In this document: positions 10,336-22,284 of the stretch, piece after piece
Layout of the letters: each line of letters starts with the position of its first letter
Position numbering within the stretch: the stretch's first letter is position 1
NCBI GenBank assembly: GCA_036172245.1
Contig: JAYWIR010000011.1
Coordinates: 4,340,001 to 4,404,000 of the forward strand
From: Raillietiella orientalis
Lineage: Eukaryota
Reading direction: 5' to 3'
Length of the DNA stretch: 64,000 bases
The notes under the pieces: generated by a model
The model's database searches: none
Told to the model about the DNA's origin: nothing
The model's input: the letters and a program-made list of their open reading frames with translations, nothing else
Position numbers and translations under genes: made by a program

Positions 10336-13300
10336 AAAGAGGGGCTGCCCATTTCCTATCCCCATCTCTCCAGGGAGAGAATACATGAGGGAAGGGGGGG
10401 AGGGCAAGAAGGGTTGGATCCGTCGAGGAAGGTTGCTGCGCTCCTCCCTTGCTTTGTCGCCGCTGCACCTCAGGCACGCCGACTCCATCGCCGTCTCCCT
10501 TGGGGGCGAGGAAGGGGTATGGCGAGAAACCTAACTTTCTTACCAACTTTCTTTCTCCCCTACCCCCTCCCTTCTCCCCGCTTCCTACCTTTCGCGACGG
10601 CGGGGATCTCGGCGGGCGGAAGAGGTCGACACAACCGATGCGCTCACCTCCGGGTCGCTATGCAACGGAATGAAGGAGCGTCCGTCCGACTGACCTCTCG
10701 GCCTCCTCCTCCTGGAGCCGCGAGCGTCCAGTGCGAGCTCCTCCTCGAGGGGTGCGAGGGCGGAAGCCCCTAGTGCTCGCGCATGCGCCTCCTGTACCCG
10801 GGAGGGAGAGAGGGCAAATCCCTTGCCCATTTCTCTCGTGCTCAGCACGTGTGCGGAATCCTTCGAACCCGCTCGCGTCTCCTTCCGCAGCAGCGGCAGG
10901 GAAGAGACCCCTCGAGACGCGGATCGCTCAGCGGGCACGTCTGCCGGGAGAGCGAGTCTGCTACTGGACCTCCGCGTTCGCAGAGTCCGCGTGAAGTCAC
11001 CTCGAAAGACCTGACCACGCCCGCTGAACTATGACATCACTTTTCCAGGGGACCGAGCGAGACAAAACCAAAAAAAGACCCACAAAGTCGGTCCTCTTGA
11101 TGTTTCTCGAGCAGCAGGTCCAAACAAAAAGTGGTCCATGCGAACGGCCCGCGCATTCAAAGCGCAGGAAGCGAGAGCGGAGCTCCGAGTTGGGCTGTGA
11201 AAACGGCGAGGAAGAAAGGGGGGATCCGTACGACTCCAGTTCTGCGACAGAGCCGTCCCCATCCCAGCCTCAGGGTATGTCCTTGCAGGCGTGAGCGGTT
11301 GCGGCGAAGAGCGAGCTGCCTTGGCGGTTATGCGTGGCCCGTGAGACAGTGCTGCCATCTATCGGAAGGGAAACACTCCCGGCATCATCCAGCCCAAGCC
11401 CCCTATTTTTTCATAAATTAAGACAAGGACGAAAACAGACACTGGAATTTTTTTACCGTGCTCCTTACTTGGAGCTCGGTGTGCACCGTGTGAGCTCAGG
11501 TGGCGCTCCCGCAGGAGGCAGCACGTCCCGTTTGCCGCTGCATGTCCCGCGCAGCCATCTTGGGTGTGTGCGTTCGTGGACCGGCGAGGGTATGTTCCAG
11601 AGGGAAGCCGTTTGCTCTCGAAGCGGGAGTGGTAGGTGAACCGAGGGAGGAAGAGCGAGGAGCGAGGCCTCCACTGCGGCCAACTGTGCTGCCATCTACG
11701 AACATTTCACCCTACTGCCCTCTCGGAAAACGAGCCAACCGGCGACTCTATGGAGGTTCGCTCTTCGGAGGCGCATTCGTTCCAGAAGACTTGCGTCCTT
11801 CGCGTCGAGAATCACCCGGTGCGCTCCCTCCGGCGACGTGGACCCTCGAAGGTCGTGCCCCCTGGCCCTCACCCCCCGTCCGCCGAACGGAAGTACCCTT
11901 ATCGTGCGCTGCTTCTCCCCCTCTCTCCCGACCGCGTTCCAGCCGGAGGCTCGGAGCGCGGCGAAAAGGGGTTCCGCACGAGGAGCCGGAAGCGGGGAAA
12001 GTCTCGGGTGGACTGCGGAACGCGTGCCCTGGATGCAGATGGGGGCAGCGCGCCGCTGGAGGTCGGTGCTCCTCCGTCTTCGGTTCCTCTGCCTGTCTCC
12101 CCCGTGACCTGACCCGCGGGAGTCTGGGACGGGGTGGCCGACGGGTTCCCGGGAAGATCCCCACTGCCGAGGATTCCCGGAGGAGGAAGGAGGGAGCTAC
12201 CGCGGCGACGTTCTCCCCCTTCCTCCTCACGAAGAGCGGAAGGGAACGACCTTCCGGGGTTCTTCCCGGAAGCTGCCTTTAAGGCAGCCAGGCCCTTTCG
12301 CGAGGTCCTGGGGCTAGGGCGGGTGCCTCGCTCGCATTCCCCGTACCCGCAGCAGGAGGCAGCCTTCTTTGCCCCTACCCTTTGCCCCCGGAAACCTCCC
12401 TCCCTCAACCCGTACTCCGCCGCTCGCGGAACCCCCGGCGGCGTTTCCTGCCCGGCAGGAAACGCCGCCGGGGAGCCACGTCGAGAGGGCGGGGGGTTTT
12501 GGGGTGCCCGCGAATCCGCCTGCGCGTGGGCTTCCAGGAGGAGGTAGACCGTGGCACCGACCCCTCGGCTGCTGCTCTGCCCGAAGCCTGCCTTTGCAGT
12601 GGGGTTCCGGGAGCGGGAGCCGTGTGAGGAAGGTCTGCGGCTTCGGCCGGTCGCCACGCGCCTGCGCCTCCGCTCTCTCGAACGGCGGTCCGGGACGCGC
12701 GCGGGAGGAGGTCCGGTCGAGTTGGCGGATCGCTCGCTAATGGCGCTGCTAGCGCGGAACTCCGCCCGGGCTCCCCCGGCCGCGGCGCGGAGCCTTCTGC
12801 TGGTTCGGCCCGCCATTCTCCGTTCATTGGGTCCCCGCTGGTGGTGGAGGTGGTCCGCGGGCGCCGTGCCACCTCTTCGCCAGGGCAGGGGTCGGACGGC
12901 GACGGCGGGCAGCTCGGCCTGCCGGCTTGACCGCAGTCGCCGGGCGATTTCCTCGGAGCCCGACGCTGCGCTTGAGGTCGCGGCGAGAGGTCGTGCCGTG
13001 TGCTGCCGCCGGCCACCGGCGACCGGGAGATAGTCGGAGTCCTCTGGGCTGCTCGTGTTGCGCGGGAAGGCTCGTCGGGCCTCCGGCGGCGCGAGTCGCC
13101 GACCTCGTGTCGGGGGCAACCGAGGGGTAGCGGCGTCGCGCTTCTCCTGCCAGAGGGAAAGGAAACAAACAAACGCACATAAAAAATGAGAGGAAACAAG
13201 AATAACATAGTGCGAGGCGCGTTTTCCTTTTTTCTTCTTCTTTATTTCGTCAGCCGGCTTACGTCATCGTGAATGCTCCCTCTGGTTGACCGTTCCGTCG

Positions 13301-13379
13301 TCGCTTCGCGGCTCCTAGGAACGCCGAGCCCTGCGACAACGCGGGCTTGCTGGTCTTCGGCACCGCCTTTTCGACCAGT

Positions 13380-13710
13380 GGTGGTCCCTCCCCCCTTCGC
13401 CCCCTTTCCCTCCGCGGCGCAAAAGTCGGGATGTCGAACCTTGGTCTCCTGGCTTTTCCCCGTCTGTCCACGGGGAGCGGCCCCTGCCGGATTCCCATGG
13501 CTGGGCCGCGCGTTCGGAGCTTTGGTTCCTCGCCCTTTCCCCGTTCGCTCCGAGGAGGTCTTGACGGGTCCGCCCTCTGATTCTCTCCTGCCTCACGGGG
13601 GGCGCGAGGTGTCTCCCAAGGTTTCCTTCGCATGACCGTCGTCCTTGACGAGCCGCAGCTCCCATCGAGGTGTGTCATCCTGCAGACCCTACTTTCTGGA
13701 CGACCACTGA
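13380..13710 (+). mobile_element. Possible decayed non-LTR reverse transcriptase fragment
   Basis: Broken frames give VRSFGSSPF followed by ARGVSQG, resembling the FGF and RGVxQG motifs of L1/Tx1 RT. Confidence 0.3.
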
Positions 13711-15759
13711 CCACGGGAAAACCTTCGCGGCTTGAGTCGCGGCGCGTGGGTGATGGTGACGACGAATATGACAGTGGTGGCGGCGATGGTGATGGTCGTC
13801 ATGGGGAGGAGGAAGAGGAATGGAGGAAGGGAAGAAGAAGAGGAGGAGGAGGCTGAGGAGGAATAGAGGAAGAGGAGGAGGAAGCGAGGAGAAGGAGGGG
13901 GAAGGGAAGAGGACGAGAAAGAGGAGGAAGAATGGAATGGAATGCGTAAGGTCCATTCAACCCAGGGACCGCGCCTTGTTTTTTCTCTTCCTGGCACAAT
14001 GGAGGTGTCTGTGCAGAAGCTGCTGTCGCCTTGGGCCTCTGAACTCACCTAGAACCTCGCAAAGGGCGGAGCTGATGAGCTGACCGCTGCCCAGAGCGTT
14101 CCATGACCGAGGCGGTGCGACTGTCTTTGAGGCAAGAATGTTCCGGAGGGCGGCAGGAGAGAGGAGGAGAAGGAGGCGGGGAGAGGACGTTGGTGCGGTC
14201 GTCGCTCACTGCCGTGCCCAGCGGCGGCTCCACTGGCGATGCCCTGAAGCGAAAGCGAGCCGGAAGGCGGAGGCGTTCCGCGCCCCATCGCGAGGGGGAA
14301 ACCGAGATTGCGGAGGACGGGACGCGCCTTTGACGGGCGGAGGGCGATCTCCATCGCAACGGCTGCTTCGTCCCCTGCAGCCGGGTCGGGTCTCGCGTTC
14401 GGCAGCAGAGAGGCGAAAAAAGGAAAACCCGCCGGTCAGGAGCGGTCCTTCCGACATCCCCTCCGAAGGATCGCATCCTCTGTCGGGGTTGGTGTCCTGC
14501 TAACCACGGCCGCCCCCTGCAGGCTGCCGCGATGGCCGTGAGCAGGGCGTCTACTCGGCAGGGTCGAGCGCTTTCGGCCGCGGCTCCCTGGAGGAGGACG
14601 GGGGAGCACGCCGCCCGCGGGCGAGTGCCCGCACCTCGTCCACGCCAGTGGTCGCAGCCACCCGAGCGTCTCCACAGGCTTGGCACGGGAGACCGTCTGG
14701 AGGTGTAGCGGTCTTGGGGCTCCTTGCGAGGAGGGCGGGGGCGAGGGATGTGTCCTCTCGGTGGGTGCCAACGGCTATCGCAACCCGACTCTCCCCGAGA
14801 GGGGTGGGAAAAGGGGGGGAGGGGAGCGCTCCCAACGCTTTTGTGTTCCCAGGTGGGGGAAAGCGCCAAGGCGGGTTCGCTCTGGTTAGGCCCATCCGGA
14901 TAAAAGTCCCAGCGGTGCTACCGGGCGCCCCGAGACTGGGCTGCCCTCCCCGTGGGACTCCACCTCTCGGCCCTTCCCCCCCCCCCTTCCTCTCGGTGGT
15001 AGCGGCGGTCACTTTGTCTTGTTGTAGTTGTAGGCGCACGCGTGCGGCCACCTCCGATCCCGGAGCGGCGGATAGCACGCGCTTAAAGCCTTCCGGTCGC
15101 AGCGCGAGGCGCGACGTCTAAAAATAGCTGACCTCGCTCGGTGGGTTCAGCATGCGGGTCAGCCTGCTGTGCGGGAGCGTCCTTCACGGTTGGATGCCAG
15201 ACCGACAGACAGTCGCGCGGGGGGGCGAAGGGGACCTCTGTCCTCCTGGGCGCAGACTCCCTACGAATTTTCTTGCTGCGAATGGGGAAGCAGGAAGGAA
15301 GTCCCACGCCCCTCCTCCTCCGAACTGCTTACATACGCTAGGAGTGGCCGATTGCCTCAGGCAGTCCGGGACGGGCAGAAATGGGTCACGGCAGCCTGTA
15401 GGCGGGATGCGGAGAGGGGTGAGAGAAGGAGGAAGTCGTGAGCTCTTCCCGTCGCCCTTCCCACTCCCTTCCTGCTGCCGCAGCCTCGCGAAGACCACTC
15501 ACCTGGGAGCAGGAAGGTGGCGGCACACGGAGGGATGGCACTGCAGATTCCTGCCTCTGTTGGCGCTGTTCCCTGAGAGAGCACCTTGGGTCGGTACTGG
15601 GGAACGCCCCGCGGCTGGTCCCCTCGGGAGGAGGCAAGCACTCCTGCAACTGCTCCGTTCCTCCCCAGGGCTTAGGGCAGATCCGCTGCCACTCGCCGCG
15701 AAGTCAGACACCACTGCGCCCTCTGAGGGCTGTCTCGGAGACATGCTGGTCGGAAGAGG

Positions 15760-15890
15760 GTGGCAGCATCGACTGGAGAAGGTTGGCACCGTCAGCAAAA
15801 GGAAAGTGGCACCATCGTAGGGAGGAATTTGCCACCATCGACTGGAGGAAATGGCACCAGCAAAGGAAGTCGGCACCAGTGGCTATTCGC
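15760..15890 (+). repeat. Degenerate 21-23 bp tandem repeat
   Basis: About six units built on ggcaccatcgactggaggaa (gcagcatcgactggagaa, ggcaccgtc, ggcaccatcg, gccaccatcgactggaggaa, ggcaccagc, ggcaccagt). Confidence 0.65.
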
Positions 15891-16749
15891 CGGGTGATGC
15901 CAGACGGATTCGCCGCCGCAGAGTTCCCTTGGTAGAGCCGGTGGCAGCATCCCCGGGATCTCCAACTATGCCTCCCACCCGCCGACGGGCGATCGAAATC
16001 CGAGAAGGTCGGGCGGACAGGCGGGAGGAATCGCCATCAGTCTGAACGAAGGGTCATCTCCGGAAGGGCAGTGAGACCTCAACCGCTAGCGTCGCCAGCG
16101 TCGAGACCTCCGCGCGCGGACGCGAGGTCACTTCCTGAAGGGAGAGGCCTCCTGCTGGCTCTGGAAGGTGGGGAAGTCCCGAGACGACGTTGCCTAACGG
16201 CAGCGACGGTGTCCATCGTCTGGCTCGCGCCTCCTCTGGCGGACCTCCGCGGATTCTCCTTCGTTTCGTCGCGGGGGCGTGGCCTCGCCCATAGGTTTTC
16301 GAAGATGACCTACCTCCGTCTCGGAAGCCACCGGGAAGACGGGGCGGGGACCATGGAAACGCGAGAGAGGAGGAGGGTGGTCGGTCGTAGGAGGCGACGC
16401 GGGAGGAGGAGGGGAGGGGGGGAATAAACGCGCAGGTGGCACTCTCCTCGGATGACCGCGTCGGCGCGCCAGCACTGCCACAAGTACGGTCGCGAAGTCG
16501 CTCCCTCCCCTCCCTTCCGAAACCGCCCGACTCCTAGGCGACGCAAGCCTGGAAAGAGGCCTCAGGGATGAGCGGTAGCCAGGGGTGAGCCAGCGAGCTG
16601 GAATGGTGGCTACTGGGAGAGGGGAGGGGGAATCACCCAACGTCGTGCCACCGGATGCATTCCGAGACGAACCAGAGACGAACTATGGGTGCGTCGAGAA
16701 GCCGGGGCCGGGGCGCCCCTCCGACCCTCTTCGACTGCACGAACAGGGG

Positions 16750-17200
16750 GTTCTTGCAAGCAGAACAGATGTTCTCTTCCGTAAGAAGCGGCGGGACGGG
16801 AAGAGGGTTGCTGTTGGATACGAGAGCGGATCCGCGCTGCCGATGCGGCGGTCGCGTGGCGCGGCGACCGCCCAGGCGCTCGCCGCTTCCGCTTTCCTTC
16901 CGAATAGGTTTTCTGGAACGCCGTGGACACACCCCGTGCGATCCTGGGGGCGGGGAAGGTGGGAATTCGCCTGGTCAGACACCCTTCCGCCTACTCCTCG
17001 TGGGGGTGCCTCCCGTCCAACCCACTCCAGGAGTACCAAAGACCTACGCCGACAACCTGCTCCTCCTGCTGCCTTCAGGACAGCGGCAAAGATGTTGCGC
17101 GTCCCTCGGCCGCTCCCTGGACGTGACCCCGACTTTCCTCAGCCGGACTCTGGGGTCGGACTCCCTGGGAGTGCTTGCACAACCGAGTTTTCCGTGACGG
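16750..17200 (+). mobile_element. Decayed L1/Tx1-like reverse transcriptase core
   Basis: ORF 16655-17197 contains SPLPLSFRIGFLE (cf. PLSPLLF..LE) followed at suitable spacing by KTYADNLLLLL (cf. YADD). Confidence 0.45.
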
Positions 17201-17749
17201 GGTCCGCTCCGGGTCCAGGAGAGCAGTCCTGCGTTGGCGAGCCCCTCAGGGCACGTTCCCACGTTCAGGCCGCGGGTGAGGTTGAGCCGAATGCCGCCTC
17301 TGCCAACACCCGCCCGGCTCGCCTCAGCTCGGCCGGCTACCCGTTGCTCCCTCCGTCCGCGCGGACCCCGGAGGCCTTGCTCGGGACGTCCTTCGAGAGT
17401 CTTCATAGGGGCGCCGACGCCCGAGTCAGCGGCCCGGAGTCGCGGCACCGCCTCGGCGGCTTGGCCGGGGGCAATCCCGGATTCGTTCGGTTCCCCCGAG
17501 GGAGGTCCGGCCTGTGGGGGTTTCCCGGGACACCCCGCTCACGAAGGCCGACCCCCCGAGAGGGTCTGTGGGGCGCCTTCGTCGCGTCCTTTCGACGGTC
17601 CTCCTTTTCGTCCCCCACGGGTGCCTTCGGGCGACGTCCGCCAGGTCGCCGCCGGTTCCGATGCGGCAAACCCCGAGGGGCTTCCTCCAGATCCGAGGCG
17701 AGACCGCAGGACGTGGCACCCTTCGCTACAAACGGGCAGAGATCGCTCG

Positions 17750-18368
17750 TCCGACTGGAGCTTGGGAAGAACGACCTACGCGCGTGGCACCGGGCGTCGC
17801 TGGTTCGAATCCCGCCTGGGAAAGGATTGACTTCGGGAACGGTGAGTGCCTCTAGGGTTTAGAGTCCACTTCCCCCTTCCGCAAGATGACTCTGGTTGGT
17901 TTTATAAGCTTTGGATGCGGCACTGGGGAACCCCTGGAATGTCCCCGTCAACTGGCCGGGATTGGAATTGGACCGTTCAGGGTCCTTCCAGGAATGAAAG
18001 AACCCTTCATTGGACTCCGTTCCGGTTGTGACGATGGAGCCGTCCCCTTCTCCGCTCCCCTTGGAGGGAGACCTTCCACCGCCTGCCATGGAACTGGTGG
18101 ATGTCCTCCTCGGGGGGTCGCCTCTCCAGAGTGTCAGGCTCCAGAGTGGCTCTGCTCCCTTCGGGGAGCGACCTTTCGGGGTTCTCTTCAGAAGAGCAAA
18201 CGAGGAGCGGACCCCCTCAGGGGGGGCCCTCTGGAGAAGAAATGAGGAGCAACACCATTCCTCTTCGGAGGTCGCTTCAGGGAGAATGAGGAGGAGTGTT
18301 CCCTTCGGGGTTCCCCTCCCAAGCGTGAAAAGAAAGGACTCCTTTCTCCGGAGCCCTTCTTGGATTCA
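17750..18368 (+). mobile_element. tRNA-headed SINE-like element, copy A
   Basis: B-box ggttcgaatccc at about 17802. The body is shared with 38260-38920, 40250-40825(-), 43825-44645, 57720-58260 and 29795-30165(-). It ends abruptly at an AT-rich block. Confidence 0.75.
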
Positions 18369-19320
18369 TTAAAATACAATACTTTAAAACCATTGAAAAT
18401 TCTAAAACTTCGATTTTCTACCAAATCGAATTTTACATGCTACACCCCTCTAATTTTTTTTGTTTAACCCTCTCTACTCTTTTACAGAACACGAAAACAA
18501 TATCTTACATCATCCAGTAGAAGCGAGACATTTATTTAGGGAACAGAAAAGCAGCTCAACCTCATTAACCACTAGCCACATCTAGTGATATGCCTCAAGT
18601 AAAGGGTTTCTTCGATGAAGATAATCTGCCATGTACCATTACCAAATCAAAGGTAAGCCGAGCAAGCTGATTGGTATGTACCCCGCCCCCCTCCCCATTC
18701 ATGATTTGTCTCCTGGATACCCCTCCCCACTCTCCTTCCATCAACACTGCTTTTCTTCCGATCTTTTCAGGAAATCGAATCACCTTAGCCACCAATATCT
18801 GGATAGAAATTAATCTGATTTCTATATGCTCCATTATTTCCTCCCCATCCCTCCTGTTCTCAGCACACCCCATGATAAAATATTCCCTTGTCCAAACAGT
18901 TTCGTCACCGCTCTTCTTACTTGCCTGCATCTCCTCCCGTTCCTTTCCCTCTGTCTCACCCCCATCCATTTCATCGATCATAATTTTCTAAATAGGCACA
19001 CTACCCTTCTGTCATGGGTTATTACTATGATTAACAATTCTTCATGATCATCAACTACCATTCTTTTAACATGACAAATTTGCCCTTCTGTGCATCATCT
19101 CCCTAGTGCCATCGTCCATCATTTTCATTTCTACAACTCTTCAAGCTGTGCTTCCTCCCATCATAGCGCCATCTACTTCCTCCATTCGATTACTCCTAGT
19201 TTATCCACCCACTCACTTCCTACGTAGTATGAATATCCGCTACGGTCAACCTTTGTTCTACCTCTAGCAGTCAACCTTTCCTCTGCCTCTACATTCAGGT
19301 TTTCTTGTACCTCTACAGTG
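18369..19320 (-). mobile_element. AT-rich inserted block, possibly a LINE ORF1 remnant
   Basis: Sharp composition change from the GC-rich flanks. The - ORF 18595-18981 reads YFIMGCAENRRDGEEIMEHIEIRL..ILVAKVIRF...GRKAVLME, reminiscent of the RRM-like ORF1 of CR1/L2/Jockey-group LINEs. Confidence 0.3.
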
Positions 19321-20879
19321 AACCTTCCGTGTTCCTAGCGCCCGTCGCTAGGAGCCGGCTCGAGTCCTCGGGGTCGTCAGGTCCCAGGAGGGCACCGCTC
19401 ACCCAGGGGTGCTCTCGGTTTCGTCTTCTGCCTCGGTGCAGTTCGCCTCTGCGGAGGTGCCCCCGGAGCATCGGGCTGGTCATCTGGCGGTCCATCATCC
19501 CTGGAATCGTCAGCTAGCAATCGTAGGATCGGCGGCAACAGCAATGATGGCAACAATGATGATAATGACAGCAGGCATAGTAACGATGATAATAGTTCAA
19601 ACAGAAGAGGTGACAATAACGCAGCAGAAGTAGGGTAGGAATAGTCGAGGTGGCAGCAGCGGTAGCTGTAGTGGACCGGTGTAATGATAAGGACGATGTA
19701 ATAGGAATGAAGCAATGTTAATGACGATGATGATAGTAATGACAGTGCTTGCAGTAATGATGGCAGCCCTAATGCCGGTGTTGCCGCTCCTGGGGCTGAT
19801 GATGACGGCGGAGCTGTCGAGGTGAGCACCACGGATCGCTCCTGCAGTAGCATCGTTGAGCAGGAGGCGGACTTGCAGGGATCCTCCGTTGGTCCACCAC
19901 CATCAAGGGATACCCGACTGATCTTCCCCGCAGGCGAATCCTATCGCTGCTTCCTCGCCGACAGCTCGGCCAGCAGAAAGGGCGAGAAGAAGGAAATGGG
20001 AGGGGGAGGAAAGGGAAAGGAAAGTAGCCCGATCCGATCTTCATGCGCGCGCACGTCTTCCCGCACGCTGATTTTATCGGAGCCGCAAAAGTCATTTGGG
20101 ACTTCCGGAGGGCGGCGCCCGGGCCCGCTCCGGCTCTCTCGGTCTCTGCTCCTCTTATCGGCTTCCTCCAGCGGTGCTCTCGCGCTGTCATCTGATGGTA
20201 CGAAAGCACTCCCGCGCTCTCAGGTCATGCCGTCGCGTGGCCGGGCCGCCTCCGGCAGAAGTCGCGCGCTCCAGGAGCAGGAGCGCGCCCCCCCCCGTCC
20301 CGCGGGCCTGCTGAACGGAGGACGAAGAGGGGGAGTAGGAAGCGGACACGAAGGTCCGCAATGAGGAGGGCGAAGGAGGAAAGCGAGAGAACGGAAGGGG
20401 CTTGGACTGCCGGTTCCTCTCGCTGTCGGCGGTGCCGCCTACGGGCCAACCAACGCGCCGCCGAGCCTAAGGAGGTATCTGGATGGAAATTAATCTGATT
20501 TCTATATGCTCCATTATTTCTTCCCCATCCCCCCTGTTCTCAGCACTCTCAGATTCAGAGGAACGGACCCGCTACCGGCTCGCGATCCCGAGGGGCAGTC
20601 CGGGGTCATCACTCGGGTCCTCGTGGCCTTTGCCCGGGGAAGACCCGTAGGTTCGCCTCGAGTCCAGGCTCTGGAATGCGGATAACTTCGGAACGGCGCC
20701 GTCCAAGGGAGAAGAAGAGGGGGGCGGAAGGGGACCGCGCTCCTCGACGCCGTCCTTCCAGCGACGAGCGCTCTTCATCGCGTTCTCCTGCAGATGAGCC
20801 GCCGGGGAGAGGCTCCAGCCTGCAGCTTTCCTTGTGTCCGTGTTGGGAGGAGTGCAAGGTCTCTCCGCGCAAGAAGAAA

Positions 20880-21275
20880 ATCCAAGGAAAAGAAAGCGGG
20901 ACAACAACAAGCACAACAGCGGGTAGGGAGGAGGAGGATGAGAAAGGAAAGAGGAAGAAGGGAGGAAGAGAAGGGTGATGAAGGGAGAAAGAGAAGGAGG
21001 AGGAAGGGAGGAGGAGATGGAAGAGGAGGAAGGGAGAAGGAAGAGGAGGAGGAAGAAGAGGAGGAGGTAGAAAGGGAGAGGAGAAAGAGGAAAGAAGGTA
21101 GAGTAGGGAGAAGGAAGAAGGGGGAGGAGAAAGAGGAGAGAGGAAGAGGCAAAGAACGTAAGGAAAGCAGAACCAGCAATCAGCACGATGCTGCACGCAA
21201 AGAAGAACAAGAAAAAGGGGAAGAGAGAAAAACAAGATGGCTAAAAAGTTGAGAGAAGGGTTGAGAAGAAGACAA
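20880..21275. repeat. Polypurine (GA-rich) low-complexity tract
   Basis: Almost pure A/G on +. Similar tracts at 13805-13935, 25420-25670 (CT), 27490-27612, 31535-31755, 45565-45690 (CT) and 47818-47880. Confidence 0.9.
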
Positions 21276-22284
21276 GGGGGTTACTGAGGCCTCCGCCTCT
21301 GACGTGGGAAGGTAATGTCCGTCCAAGGGTTGAGTGCACGAGCGACGTGCTCGTCCCCGGCAGTGGGCCGTGGGTTTCTCTCTCCGTGAAGCCCTTGACC
21401 CGTGCCTATTGGACTTCCTTGCAGTCGGGACGTTAGCCGAATAAGACCCCGTGGTTGGAGGTGGTCCCGTGACCCTCTGCAATTTGTTGGCTCCCGCCGC
21501 CGGAGTTCCTCTTCTGGATGCTCCCCACCTTTCATTCTCTCCTCCCCTCCCTCTTCGTTCCCGAGACCTTTATCCGGGCCGGTTCCACTCTCGGGTGCCG
21601 CGAACCTGCTGCCTTTCTAGGTCGGGAAGAGGAAAGCCCCATCCTCTCCGCGAGCGGTCCTAAGACTTCTTCGGCCACTTCCACCCCCTCCCGCTCTCCA
21701 GCCCGAGAGAATGTGGAAGCTTCCCAACTGCTTGCGCCTTAGCCGTTCCAGGAAGTTCTTTCTGGAGGAGGCTCGTACCTCTCTCCTGGAGAGACCATCC
21801 GGCCGTCCGGCCGTCCCCGTGGGGACGTTCTTAGCGACATCGAAGCGAGGCGGAGCCGTTGGCGTTGCCTGCAGCGAGGAGATGCTGTCCTTGTAGTGCC
21901 GACCTCGGATCGCTTCCCCCTCCACGCGGGAGCAGGGTTGAGGTCGTGCCAAACGTCTCCATCGGCGGCCGAAACAAACTTGATCCCCGACCCGCCCTTC
22001 CTTTTCCGGGACGACGCCTGCTCCCTTCGTGGAATTCCCTCAGGAGGGATCGAGACCAGAGGACCCTCTCAGTCCCCCTATCCCTTCCCAGAGGGGCCAC
22101 ATTCCGAAGCAGCACCCTTTTCCCGCAGTATCTCAAGAGGAAAGAGCTTCATTGACCTTCCGGCCGCTCCTTTCCTGGCGCGGAGGTTGCTTACGGAGTC
22201 CTGCCCTTTCCTCCTCTTCCTCCTCTTCTGCTTGTCTCCGGAGCCCTTCCGACCGTCAGGGAGGCGTCCTCCTCCTTCTTGAGT

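Noticed and set aside
15760..15890. CRISPR-like repeat/spacer appearance
   Set aside because: The repeats are too short and degenerate, there are no spacers of proper length or cas genes, and the context is eukaryotic.
11500..17862. Many long ORFs (e.g. 11899-13119, 16585-17862)
   Set aside because: Arg/Pro/Gly/Ser-rich products typical of stop-poor GC-rich DNA, with no domains beyond faint RT relics.
18165..18200. Hammerhead-like CTGAAGA...GAAA on the - strand of SINE copies (also about 44285-44320)
   Set aside because: Stems I, II and III cannot be formed properly, and the motif lies antisense to the Pol III head.
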